Source of the DNA: Dongiaceae bacterium
Lineage (GTDB): Bacteria; Pseudomonadota; Alphaproteobacteria; Dongiales; Dongiaceae
Length of the DNA: 64,000 nt
NCBI GenBank assembly: GCA_035548715.1
Contig: DASZSL010000045.1
Location: 1-64,000, forward strand
Reading direction: 5' to 3'
The position numbers were made by a program, and so were the translations under genes. The notes under the pieces were generated by a model that was not told the DNA's origin, did not search any database, and worked only from the letters and a program-made list of their open reading frames with translations. This document shows, piece after piece, positions 1 to 10,878 of this stretch (position 1 is its first letter; every line of letters starts with the position of its first letter).

Positions 1-7
1 CTTGCCT

Positions 8-775
8 CTACTCCGCGCTGAGATCGCCCGACTTGTACTTGTCGACGATCCAGTCGCGCATCGCCAGGGCCTGCTTCAGCCCGGTCGTTGGGAACGTGAT
101 CGACTGCGGCTGGCCCTTGGCGCCGAAGACCGCGCTCAGCGTCACGCTCTTGCCGGCAAGGAGCTCGTTGCCGAGGGCGTCGCCGGCCTCGCAATGGTCG
201 GGGGCGGCGAGGCTGTGCGGGGCGCCGCCGTCGACCGTCACGGTCGCGGCGTCGGTCGTGTTGTCGGTGACCGCGCAGACGCCGTGATCGGCGACGCGGA
301 TGCCGCCGGTCGTCATCGTGTTGGGGGTCACCGGCTGGGTGTGCAGCACGTCGCAGAAGGTCTTCGCCGCGCCGCCATCGGTCGCGGCCTCGGCCTTGCA
401 GAGCACGCTCCAGCTCTCGGCCACCTGGATGAAACGCCATTCCAGGCCCTCGTTCTGCGAGACCCGCAGATAGCCGTGATCCGACGAGCCGTAGCGCCAG
501 GCGACGCCGTCCTTCTCGCCATGCACCGCCCAGCCGTCCTTGCCGGTGACCAGCGTGCCGCTCTCCAGGGTGCCGCCGTCCGGCATCACCGCCTTGTCGA
601 GGGCGATCGGCTTGGCCGCCTCGGTCGGGTTCTCCATCATCGCCGGCGCGGGCTCGGGCGCCATCGCGGCGGGCGCCGCCGGGTCCTCTTTCTTCTGGGC
701 GCAGGCCGCAAGCAGGGCCGCCGCAGCGAGCACGGTCATGGTGGTGATCAGCCTGGGCATCGTCCCCCCTATCAT
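8..775 (-). CDS. hypothetical lipoprotein; signal peptide with lipobox LAAC; likely start at MPRLITTM near 760
   Basis: ORF with N-terminal hydrophobic segment plus Cys lipobox; no recognised family. Confidence 0.5.
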   Translation of the reverse strand: MIGGTMPRLITTMTVLAAAALLAACAQKKEDPAAPAAMAPEPAPAMMENPTEAAKPIALDKAVMPDGGTLESGTLVTGKDGWAVHGEKDGVAWRYGSSDHGYLRVSQNEGLEWRFIQVAESWSVLCKAEAATDGGAAKTFCDVLHTQPVTPNTMTTGGIRVADHGVCAVTDNTTDAATVTVDGGAPHSLAAPDHCEAGDALGNELLAGKSVTLSAVFGAKGQPQSITFPTTGLKQALAMRDWIVDKYKSGDLSAE

Positions 776-852
776 CCGTCGGCGTCATTCCCCCCGGAAT
801 GCCGGGGGAGAGTAACCCGCCGGGCGCGCGGTTGTAAGGCCCTACAAGAGCG

Positions 853-1230
853 TCAGCGCCGGCGCTGGATCACCGGCTCCTTGCCGCCGGAAAGGAGGCC
901 GGTCCGCACCACCGCCGGGTTCCGGGTCTTGGCAAGGACCGCGCTGGAGGCACCGGCTTTCGGCATGACCTTCTGCAGGGAGGCCGCGCTCCGGGCCGGG
1001 CGCGGCTTCGCCTTGGCCGCGGTGCCGAGGGCGCCCGTGGTGGCCGGGACCGAGCTGCGTGCCGCCTGCTGCTCCCGGAGGATCCTCTTGGCGACGGCAT
1101 CGATCCGCGCCATCCCGCCATCGCCGCGATCCGCCTTGCCCAGGCTGCGCAGCATCCGCGCGAGACCGCGCAGCAGCGCAAAGCCGATGAAGATCGCAAC
1201 CGCAATCGCACTCAGCTCGTTCTGGCTCAT
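853..1230 (-). CDS. small hypothetical membrane protein (single N-terminal TM helix)
   Basis: 125-aa ORF with hydrophobic N-terminus; weak support, overlapped by other-frame ORFs. Confidence 0.3.
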   Translation of the reverse strand: MSQNELSAIAVAIFIGFALLRGLARMLRSLGKADRGDGGMARIDAVAKRILREQQAARSSVPATTGALGTAAKAKPRPARSAASLQKVMPKAGASSAVLAKTRNPAVVRTGLLSGGKEPVIQRRR

Positions 1231-1473
1231 GGCGCGTCACCTGCGGAGAGGGCCCATGACATTATCACGCTGCGCTCCGGGGCGCGATCCTCACGCCCGT
1301 CCCGTCTTACCCCGCGTCTGTCCTACCCCGCGTCCGTCTCGCCCCACGTCTGCCTTGCCCCCGCCTCTGCCCTCCCCCGGATCGGGGCGGGGGAAGAAGC
1401 GACTGACATCCCCTGCCGGCGCCTCTATCTTCTGACACCTGTATCCGTCCTCTGACACCCGGAGCGCAGCGCC

Positions 1474-2160
1474 ATGCCCGCCTCGCCGCAGACCGCCTTC
1501 CTGTTCGATCTCGACGGGACGCTGGTGGACAGCGTCTACCAGCACGTGCTGGCCTGGCACGAGGCGCTGCAGAGCGAGGGGATCAAGCTCTCGGTCTGGC
1601 GCATCCACCGCAAGATCGGCATGAGCGGCGGGCTCTTCACCAACATCCTGCTGCGCGAGACCGGGCTCGACATCACCCAGGAGCGGCTCGACCGGCTGCG
1701 CAACCTGCATGCCGAATGCTTCAAGCCGCTGTCCGCGAAGATCCCGCCGCTGCCGGGCGCCCGGGAGCTGCTCGCCTATCTGACCGAGGCCAAGATCCCC
1801 TGGGCGATCGCGACCTCGGGGCGCATGCGGACCGCGCGGGGCAACATCGAGAATCTGGGCGTCGATATCGAGAAGTCGGTGGTCGTCACCCGCGACCAGG
1901 TGCGCTACGCCAAGCCCGATCCCGACCTCTTCCTGGAGGCGGCGCGGCGGCTCGGCATCCCGATCGAGCATTGCTACGTCGTGGGCGATTCGATCTGGGA
2001 CCTGCTCGCGGCGCAGCGCGCCCGGGCGCTCGGCATCGGCCTGCTCTCCGGCGGCTACGGCGAGGACGAATTGGACCGCGCCGGCGCCTATCGCGTGTTC
2101 GAGGACCCGGCCGACCTGCTGCGGCACATCGACGAGCTGGGCGGCCGGAGGCCCGAGTGA
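1474..2160 (+). CDS. HAD-family hydrolase (phosphatase, beta-phosphoglucomutase-like subfamily)
   Basis: N-terminal FLFDLDGTLVDS motif (HAD motif I), GDS..D motif near C-terminus. Confidence 0.85.
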   Translation: MPASPQTAFLFDLDGTLVDSVYQHVLAWHEALQSEGIKLSVWRIHRKIGMSGGLFTNILLRETGLDITQERLDRLRNLHAECFKPLSAKIPPLPGARELLAYLTEAKIPWAIATSGRMRTARGNIENLGVDIEKSVVVTRDQVRYAKPDPDLFLEAARRLGIPIEHCYVVGDSIWDLLAAQRARALGIGLLSGGYGEDELDRAGAYRVFEDPADLLRHIDELGGRRPE

Positions 2161-2248
2161 CCGCAATGACCGGCCGCAGGGCCTGCTGCCGATCGGCCGC
2201 GCGCAGCGCGCGATCCACGACATCCACTGTCAGACAATGGGCTGAGCC

Positions 2249-2965
2249 ATGACATACGAACTCTACTACTGGGGCGAGATCCAGGGGCGCGGCGAGTATG
2301 TGCGCCTCGCCCTCGAGGAAGCCGGCGCCGGCTACGTCGACGTCGCGCGGGAAACGGGCGGCACGGACAGGATGATGCGGCTCATGCAGGAGAAGGCCGG
2401 GACGCCGTCCTTCGCGCCGCCTTTCCTCAAGGCCGGCAAGCTGGTGATCGGGCAGACCGCGAACATCCTGCTCTATCTCGGCGAGAAGCACGGCCTCGCC
2501 CCCAGGACCGAGGCCGGGCGGCTCTGGACGCACCAGTTGCAGCTGACCATCGCGGATTTCGTGGTGGAGATCCACGACACCCATCACCCGATCGCCGGCA
2601 GCCTCTATTACGAGGACCAGAAGCCCGAGGCCAGGCGGCGCGCCGCCGATTTCCTGAAGAACCGCGCCCCCAAGTATCTCGGCTATTTCGAGCGCGTGCT
2701 GGAAGGGAACGGCGCGGGCAAGGGCCGGCATCTCGTGGGCGCGCGGCTGACCTATGCCGACCTCTCGCTGTTCCAGATCGTCAGCGGGCTGCGCTACGCC
2801 TTTCCCAAGGCGATGAAGCGGCTGGAGAAGAGGCATCCCCGGGTCGTCGCGGTGCATGACGCGGTCGCCGCACGGCCCCGCATACGCCGGTACCTCGACT
2901 CGGAACGGCGCATCCCGTTCAACCAGATGGGCATCTTCCGGCATTATCCGGAGCTCGACGCCTGA
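2249..2965 (+). CDS. glutathione S-transferase family protein
   Basis: GST N/C domain-like sequence (YELYYW...; HLVG..LTYADL..F). Confidence 0.75.
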   Translation: MTYELYYWGEIQGRGEYVRLALEEAGAGYVDVARETGGTDRMMRLMQEKAGTPSFAPPFLKAGKLVIGQTANILLYLGEKHGLAPRTEAGRLWTHQLQLTIADFVVEIHDTHHPIAGSLYYEDQKPEARRRAADFLKNRAPKYLGYFERVLEGNGAGKGRHLVGARLTYADLSLFQIVSGLRYAFPKAMKRLEKRHPRVVAVHDAVAARPRIRRYLDSERRIPFNQMGIFRHYPELDA

Positions 2966-3145
2966 GCCGGGGAAGGCCGCATCCCAGAGCGATTCCGGCC
3001 GCGATTCCGGACGCGATGCCGCGCGCGATGCCGCGCGCGATTCCGGGCGCGACGTCGCGCGGCGCCGCCTTCCCATGGCCGTGCAGGGAATATGCTAGGC
3101 TCCGCGTCGACGAAGGCGCCGCTGGCGAAACCGCGAGGATACGGG

Positions 3146-3622
3146 ATGGCCGAGTCCAACCCGCCGCTTGCCATCAACGAGGCCACCGGCCTTGCGGAGA
3201 TGCCGGCCAGCATGGACCTGCGCCGGCTGCTGGCCTATTGGGACCGCCAGCGCGGCGGCCGGCCGTTTCCCGGCCGCGGCGACATCGACCCGATCGATCT
3301 CCGGTTCATGCTGGACCGGATCGCGCTGACCGAGGTGCACGAGGATCCGCGGCGCTACCGATTGCGCCTGGTGGGCAGCTTCTGGCACCGCCTGGTCGGC
3401 TTCGAGGCGACCGGCATGTGGCTCGACGACTGGCCGCGGGCCAACCAGCGGGCGATCACGGCGGCGTTCTACGAGGCGCTGATCGCCGGGCGGGTGCCGC
3501 GCTTCACCCGGCGCGACGCCATCGTGGACGACCAGCTCCTGAGCTATGAGATCATGCTGCTGCCGCTCTCGGAGGACGGGCGGCGAATCTCGATGATCAT
3601 CACGGGCATCGGCCAGAACTGA
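3146..3622 (+). CDS. PAS-domain protein (stand-alone PAS_5/DUF1457-like)
   Basis: Motif LLAYWDRQRGGRPFPGRGDIDP... typical of alphaproteobacterial stand-alone PAS proteins; start at MAESNPP. Confidence 0.65.
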   Translation: MAESNPPLAINEATGLAEMPASMDLRRLLAYWDRQRGGRPFPGRGDIDPIDLRFMLDRIALTEVHEDPRRYRLRLVGSFWHRLVGFEATGMWLDDWPRANQRAITAAFYEALIAGRVPRFTRRDAIVDDQLLSYEIMLLPLSEDGRRISMIITGIGQN

Positions 3623-3816
3623 TCGCCCAAAGGAAAGAAACCGGAAGCGGGGGAAGGAGAGAGCTGGGGATGGCGCAACCGAGCGGCAGAGATCGAGGCG
3701 GTCATACGCGGAACCATGTCCGCCCGATGACCGGCGCCGGTCCCGGCGTGATGGGCGACCGGCGCGGGCCCGGCCGGGCGCCGCGTCCGGCCGTCGCCAA
3801 GGGCGGCGCGCCGCTG

Positions 3817-5571
3817 ATGAGCTGGCCCGCCTTCCTGCGGCAGTTCTTCAAGATCGCCGGGCCCTACTGGCGCTCGGAGCGGAAGAAGACGGCGATCTTC
3901 GCCAGCATCGCGCTCTTCTTCCTGACCGTGCTGCAGGTCGGCGTGCCGGTCGCCATCAACCGCTGGATGCGCGCCCTGTTCGATGCGCTGGAAGCGCGCG
4001 AGATGGCGCAGTTCGCGCAGCTCTCCGGCATCCTGCTGGTCATCATCGTCAGCAACGTCACGATCGTGAACTTCCATCTGCGGGTCAAGCGGCGGCTGCA
4101 GATCGACTGGCGCGACTGGCTGAACGAGCGGGTGTGGAACGGATGGATGGCCGAGGGCCGGCATTACGAGCTCGCCTTCATCCCCGGCCTGCACGACAAT
4201 CCCGACGGCCGCATCGCCGAGGACGTTCGCAACGCCACCGAATACGCGATCGATCTCGCCCATGCGCTGATCTACGACCTGCTGCTGCTGATCAGCTTCA
4301 CGCAGATCCTGTGGTCGCTGTCGCAGGCGCCCTACCTCGTCGTCGGCGGCACGGCCTATTTCCTGCCCGGCTACCTGGTCTGGCTGGCGATCGCCTATGC
4401 CGGGGTCGGCACGGTGGTGGCGCTGGCGCTGGGGCGGCCGCTGATCCGCGCGGTCGACCGCCGGCAGACCGCGGAGGCCGACTTCCGCTTCGGCCTCGCC
4501 CATGCGCGGGAGAACGCGCTCTCGATCGCGCTCGCCCGAGGCGAAAGCGACGAGCGCCACCGCTTCCGCTTCCTGTTCAAGGGCGCGGTCGGCGCCTGGG
4601 ACCAGGTGACGACGGCGCTGGCGCACATGTTCTATTACAGCTCGAGCTGGTCGGTCCTCTCCCAGGTGTTCCCGACGCTGGTGGTGGCGCCGCGCTACAT
4701 CGCCGGGCTCATCACCCTGGGCGGACTGATGCAGAGCGCCCAGGCCTTCCAGCAGATGGTGGGCGCCCTTTCCTGGGCGATCGACAATCTCGGCAAGGTC
4801 GCGGACTGGCGCGCCTCGGCCGAGCGCGTGTTCGGCCTGATCAACGCGGTCGAGAATTTCGACGACCTGGTCTGCGGCGCCTCGGGCAGCCGGATCGAGA
4901 TCGCGACCGCCGAGCAGCGCGTGCTCAGCTTCCGCAACTTCGCCACCAGCACGCCGCAGGGCCAGCCGCAGATGAAGCCGGTGGACCTGGATATCCGGGA
5001 AGGCGACCGCGTGCTGATGACCGGCGAGACCGGCGTCGCCTCGGCGGTGCTGAAGGCGATCGCCGGCCTCTGGCCCTGGGGCCAGGGCGTGATCGAGCTC
5101 CCCGACGGGGCCAAGCGCCTGTTCATGCCGCCCCGCCCCTACATGCCGGCGGGCCCGTTGCGCGACGCCATCGACTATCCGACCGAGGAGGCGACCGCGG
5201 CGCATGACGACATGGTGATCGGGAATGCCCTGCGCCGGGTCGGGCTCGAGGCGCTGGTGACGCGCCTCGACGAGAACGCGAAATGGGACCAGGTGCTGAG
5301 CGTCGAGGACCAGCAGCGCGTCGGCTTCGCCCGGCTGCTGCTGAAGCGGCCGGACTGGATCTTCATGGAAGAGGCCTTCGACACGCTGGACGCCAACGGC
5401 GAGAAGGCGATGATCGAGGTGCTGCGCCAGGAGTTCGACAAGGCGACCATCATCGCCATCGGGCACGGCGAGACGCTGAACGGCTTCGAGACCCGGCAAT
5501 TCGTGCTGGAGCGCAAGGACGGCCTCTCCGAGCTGCACGAGATCGAGACGACGCAGAGCATGGGGGCCTAG
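3817..5571 (+). CDS. ABC transporter permease/ATP-binding fusion (YddA/SbmA-BacA-like, ABC_membrane_2) with degenerate nucleotide-binding motifs
   Basis: N-terminal 6-TM domain with SbmA/BacA-like signature; C-terminal ABC-like domain in which Walker A reads GETGVASAV (no Lys), the Q-loop Gln is Pro, the signature is LSVEDQQR and Walker B is MEEAFD. Confidence 0.8.
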   Translation: MSWPAFLRQFFKIAGPYWRSERKKTAIFASIALFFLTVLQVGVPVAINRWMRALFDALEAREMAQFAQLSGILLVIIVSNVTIVNFHLRVKRRLQIDWRDWLNERVWNGWMAEGRHYELAFIPGLHDNPDGRIAEDVRNATEYAIDLAHALIYDLLLLISFTQILWSLSQAPYLVVGGTAYFLPGYLVWLAIAYAGVGTVVALALGRPLIRAVDRRQTAEADFRFGLAHARENALSIALARGESDERHRFRFLFKGAVGAWDQVTTALAHMFYYSSSWSVLSQVFPTLVVAPRYIAGLITLGGLMQSAQAFQQMVGALSWAIDNLGKVADWRASAERVFGLINAVENFDDLVCGASGSRIEIATAEQRVLSFRNFATSTPQGQPQMKPVDLDIREGDRVLMTGETGVASAVLKAIAGLWPWGQGVIELPDGAKRLFMPPRPYMPAGPLRDAIDYPTEEATAAHDDMVIGNALRRVGLEALVTRLDENAKWDQVLSVEDQQRVGFARLLLKRPDWIFMEEAFDTLDANGEKAMIEVLRQEFDKATIIAIGHGETLNGFETRQFVLERKDGLSELHEIETTQSMGA

Positions 5572-5585
5572 GGGACGCAGGCGGC

Positions 5586-5896
5586 CTACCGGCACGCCCC
5601 CTCGTAGCGGATGTCGTAGGAATCGCCGGCGGCGCCGTGCTCGGTGAGGGTCGGCACGCGCTCGGCGATGTCGTAGCCGTCCGGGCAGAGATGACGCTCC
5701 TCGAGGTCGTTCTCCAGGAAGTTCATCCGCCAGGATTCGGCGGCCGGATCGTCGAGCGGATGCCCGGGATCGGCGACCGCGCGGAACTCGAAGCCGGACG
5801 CCGTCCGGGTGAAGCTCGTCGTATTCAGCTTCTCGTAATCGACGCAGCCGGCCAGCGCGGCCGCCGCGAGCATGACGACCGTCATCCGCATGCGTG

Positions 5897-5900
<4 letters not shown>
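5586..5900 (-). CDS. small lipoprotein (MTRMRMTVVMLAAAALAGC signal peptide)
   Basis: Signal peptide plus lipobox; start overlaps the stop of the upstream GH1 gene by 4 bp (ATGA). Confidence 0.5.
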
Positions 5901-7324
<1,424 letters not shown>

Positions 7325-7337
7325 TATGCCGCGCGCG

Positions 7338-8159
7338 TCAGGAACCGGCCTTGCCTCGAAGCCGGAGGCCCCGGCTCTTCAGGTAGGCCCAGGCTTCCTC
7401 GGCCGTGTCGACCACTTCGAACAGGGCGAGCTCGTCGGCGTCGATGACGCCGAAATCGACCATGGCCTGAAAATCGACGACCCGCCGCCAGTACTCCCGG
7501 CCGATCAGCACGACGGGGATCGGCTGGGATTTCATGGTCTGCTGCAGGGTCAGGATCTCGAACAGCTCGTCGAATGTGCCGAATCCGCCCGGGAAGACCG
7601 CCAGTGCGCTCGCCCGCATCGCGAGGTGCATCTTGCGCATCGCGAAGTAGTGGAATCGAAAGGTCAGCTCCGGCGTCGAATAGCTGTTGGGTTCCTGCTC
7701 GGCCGGCAATGTGATGTTGAATCCGATCGAGGGAGCCCCCGCCTCGGCGGCGCCGCGGTTGGCGGCCTCCATGATCCCCGGCCCCCCGCCGGTGGCGATC
7801 ACGTTGTCGCGCTTGTCCTGTCCGTCCAGCAATGCGCCGCCCTCCTGGGAGACGATGCGGGCGAAGCGCCGGGCCTCCTCGTAATAGGGGAGCCAGCGCG
7901 CCTTGCGCTCGACCCCCTGGCGATCCGCCGCGCCCGCAGCGCGCTTCTCCAGGTCCGCCAGCGCCTCCGGCGAGAGCGCGCGCGCCGAGCCGAACACGAC
8001 CACGGTCGATCGGACGCCCCAGTCGTTCAGGATCAGGTCGACCTTCTGGAACTCCAGCGCGAAGCGCAGGCCGCGCAGCTCGCTCCGCTGCAGCAGGAAT
8101 TCGACGTCCTGCACGGCCAGGCGGTAGCTCGGCGACATCTTCTGGCGGTCGTTGTCCAT
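7338..8159 (-). CDS. LOG family protein (TIGR00730; cytokinin riboside 5-prime-monophosphate phosphoribohydrolase-like)
   Basis: GGGPGIMEAANRGA and PGGFGTFDELFE motifs. Confidence 0.85.
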   Translation of the reverse strand: MDNDRQKMSPSYRLAVQDVEFLLQRSELRGLRFALEFQKVDLILNDWGVRSTVVVFGSARALSPEALADLEKRAAGAADRQGVERKARWLPYYEEARRFARIVSQEGGALLDGQDKRDNVIATGGGPGIMEAANRGAAEAGAPSIGFNITLPAEQEPNSYSTPELTFRFHYFAMRKMHLAMRASALAVFPGGFGTFDELFEILTLQQTMKSQPIPVVLIGREYWRRVVDFQAMVDFGVIDADELALFEVVDTAEEAWAYLKSRGLRLRGKAGS

Positions 8160-8343
8160 CGCAGGTTCTCTCTTTTTCGGCACGCGGCTGCCCGGATTTC
8201 TACGCGGTCTTCAGCATTCGTTAGGAGTCTCTGGATGGATACTACGGACCGGTTGCGGGCGGGAATCGGGGAGTGTCGGGAGAATGCCTCGACCCGGCCT
8301 AACCTCTTGGACTCACACGTAAGTCTGAACCGCCAGGAGCCTC

Positions 8344-9972
8344 ATGGTCCACCGGATCGCCGCTTCGATGACCACCGGTGACGTGCTCGACCTGTTCGCT
8401 GCGGCACTGGATCGCAGCGGGGTCGCCTATTCGCTGTGGGACGCCGAGGACCGGCTGGTCGCCTATAACGACATCTACGTGAAGATGTTCTTCACCGGCT
8501 TCGAGCATGTGGTCGAGCTCGGCCAGACCTTCGAGCGGCAGAATACCCGCTGGGGCAAGGTCAAGGCGCAGATGGTGCAGGACAGCGACCTCTGCGACCA
8601 GGTGGCCGAGAGGCTGCGGCGTCATCGCGAGCCCAAGGAGTCCTTCGAGCGGCGGATCGACGACCGCTGGATCCGCACCAACGAGATTCGCACCGCGGAT
8701 GGCGGCCTCGTCAGCATCCATACCGACATCACCCATGAGAAAGACCGCGAGAACGCCGCGCGCGAGGGCGAACGCCGCTTCCGCTCGCTGGTGGAGAACC
8801 TCCGGAGCATCGTGTTCTGCCGCGGCGTCAAGGGCGACGGCCCGCACGGCTACGACGAGGCCGGCTGCCAGGTCTACGGCACGGAGACCTACCGGCTGTT
8901 CGGCGCCGTCGACGAGAACGGCGTCTCCCGCCTCGACGAATGGTACGACTCGATCGTGCCGGAGGATCGCACGCGCTACCTGAAGGCCGAGCAGGCGCGC
9001 AAGGAGTTCGACCAGCCCTACGACATCGAGTTCCGGTTCCTGCATCCCCTGACGGGCAGGCTGCATTGGGCGCGGGAAGTGGCCTGGGTCTATCGCGACG
9101 AAGAGCTGAACCGCACCTTCTTCGACAGCTATTTGATCGACATCACCGACGTGAAGACGCGCGAGGCCGAGCTCTCGCGCAGCCGCGCCGACCTGACGCT
9201 GGCGATCAAGCAGGCCGACGCCGCGAGCCGCGCGAAATCCGCCTTCCTGGCCAGCATGAGTCACGAGCTCCGCACGCCGCTCAACGCGGTGATCGGCTTC
9301 GGCCAGGTGATCTCGATGGAGAAGGTGGGGCCGGGAGTCGCCCCCGCCTATCGCGAATACGGCAAGCTGATCGTCGATAGCGGCCAGCACCTGCTCAATC
9401 TCATCAGCGACATCCTCGACCTCTCCAAGGTCGAGGCCGGCAAGATGGAGATCAACGAATCCGACTTCCCGGTGACCGACGTCGTGAACGAGGTGCGCCG
9501 GCTGCTCGGCGACCAGATCGGCAACCGGCTGCAGACCCTGAGCGTCGATCCGCCGCCGCCCGGCGTGATGCTGCGCGCGGATCGCCGGCGCATCCTGCAG
9601 ATCCTGATCAACCTGCTGGGCAATGCCAGCAAGTATTCGCCGATCGGCGCGATGATCCTGCTGCGATGCCGGCTGCAGCGCGACGACACCCTGGAGCTGC
9701 TGGTGATCGACGAGGGCTCCGGCATGACCGATGCCGAGATCGAGGTGGCCCTGACCCTGTTCGGCCAAGCCGCGGCGGGCCGCAGCCACAATTCAGGCAC
9801 TGGCCTCGGCCTGCCGCTCGCGCGCACCATGACCGAGCTGCATGGCGGCCAGATGATCATCGAGAGCATCAAGGGCCGCGGCACGACGATCCGCGTCGTC
9901 CTGCCGCCGGAGCGCATCCTGCGCCCGGTGCTCGGGGACGCCGAGCGCCAGCTCCATCTCAGCCTGGGATAG
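8344..9972 (+). CDS. PAS domain-containing sensor histidine kinase (cytoplasmic, no receiver domain)
   Basis: PAS region; H-box SHELRTPLNAV; N, G1 (DEGSGM) and G2 (GTGLGL) boxes. Confidence 0.85.
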   Translation: MVHRIAASMTTGDVLDLFAAALDRSGVAYSLWDAEDRLVAYNDIYVKMFFTGFEHVVELGQTFERQNTRWGKVKAQMVQDSDLCDQVAERLRRHREPKESFERRIDDRWIRTNEIRTADGGLVSIHTDITHEKDRENAAREGERRFRSLVENLRSIVFCRGVKGDGPHGYDEAGCQVYGTETYRLFGAVDENGVSRLDEWYDSIVPEDRTRYLKAEQARKEFDQPYDIEFRFLHPLTGRLHWAREVAWVYRDEELNRTFFDSYLIDITDVKTREAELSRSRADLTLAIKQADAASRAKSAFLASMSHELRTPLNAVIGFGQVISMEKVGPGVAPAYREYGKLIVDSGQHLLNLISDILDLSKVEAGKMEINESDFPVTDVVNEVRRLLGDQIGNRLQTLSVDPPPPGVMLRADRRRILQILINLLGNASKYSPIGAMILLRCRLQRDDTLELLVIDEGSGMTDAEIEVALTLFGQAAAGRSHNSGTGLGLPLARTMTELHGGQMIIESIKGRGTTIRVVLPPERILRPVLGDAERQLHLSLG

Positions 9973-9991
9973 CGGTTCCGGCCGATCCCGC

Positions 9992-10717
9992 TCAGTCGCC
10001 CGCGGCCGCGCGATAGCGCTCGGCGAGGCGCGCCAGATGGCGCGTCGCGGCGGCCAGGCGCATCTCCTGGCGCAGCAGGAAACTCACCCGTCCGTGCATG
10101 GCGGCAAACGGCGCCGCTTCGCCCGGCAGGATGCGGTCGAGCATCACCACGTGCACGCCCTGCTCGGTCGCGATCGGCACCGGGCAGATCTCGCCGGGCC
10201 GGAGCGTGAAGAACATGGCATCGAGCGCCGCCGGCAGCGCGCCGCGCGCCACCGGCCCGAGCTGGCCGGTCCCGGCGGCCGCGCCATAGCTCACCAGCAG
10301 GTCGGGGAACATGCGGGGCGTGAAGCTGAGGATGGCGATGATCCGCTCCGCCCGCGCCCAGACCTCCGGCTCGGCGGCGACGTCGCCGGTCGCGAGCGGC
10401 AGCAGGATCTGGCGGCCGAGATAACGGTCGGGCTGGCGGAACTCGTCCAGATGATCGCGGTAATAGCGCCGGCAGGCTTCGGCGCTCGGCATGGGCACGC
10501 GGAAATGTCCGGCGATGACGCCGACCAGGCGCGGATCGCGCAACAGCTCCGGCAACGCGCCGCCGATGCCCGCGCGCTCGGCGAGGGTGGTGATCATGGC
10601 GAGCCGGTCGCGCTCGGGTTCCGCGATGGCGGGCGGTTGCCATTGCGCCTCCGAACGGAACCGGCTTCGCAGGAACCTGACCGCCTCCGGCCTCCGCGGA
10701 ACGGAAAGGATGGTCAC
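9992..10717 (-). CDS. parvulin-type (PpiC) peptidyl-prolyl isomerase-like protein, paralog 1
   Basis: C-terminal rotamase-like block ...GQLGPVARGALPAALDAMFF.LRPGE..PVP...GVHVVMLDR; no signal peptide; start uncertain (possibly internal MITTLAERAG). Confidence 0.6.
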   Translation of the reverse strand: MTILSVPRRPEAVRFLRSRFRSEAQWQPPAIAEPERDRLAMITTLAERAGIGGALPELLRDPRLVGVIAGHFRVPMPSAEACRRYYRDHLDEFRQPDRYLGRQILLPLATGDVAAEPEVWARAERIIAILSFTPRMFPDLLVSYGAAAGTGQLGPVARGALPAALDAMFFTLRPGEICPVPIATEQGVHVVMLDRILPGEAAPFAAMHGRVSFLLRQEMRLAAATRHLARLAERYRAAAGD

Positions 10718-10878
10718 GCCGTCTCCTTTTCCCTCAGGACCCAGCTCTTCTTCTATACCGTGCTCGAATTAGGAACTAATCCCTTCAAGGAGTCAATGCC
10801 TACACGCGCGGTAAATCGCCGACCGGGATCAAGACGAATGCAGGCAGGCCGATCGGACGATCGCCGCGGGCGGCCGGT

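Noticed and set aside
2-1435. 477-aa plus-strand ORF
   Set aside because: It is antisense to a lipoprotein gene with a clear signal peptide. Its translation is an Arg/Ala/Gly-rich low-complexity string typical of high-GC antisense frames.
1886-3076. 396-aa minus-strand ORF overlapping the HAD and GST genes
   Set aside because: It is antisense to two well-supported family genes. Its repetitive SRPESR peptide arises from the 12-bp tandem repeat array.
3544-5595. 683-aa minus-strand ORF
   Set aside because: It is antisense to the ABC fusion gene, which has a clear TM and NBD architecture, and it has no recognisable domain.
8299-9789. 496-aa minus-strand ORF
   Set aside because: It is antisense to the sensor histidine kinase, which has H, N and G boxes.
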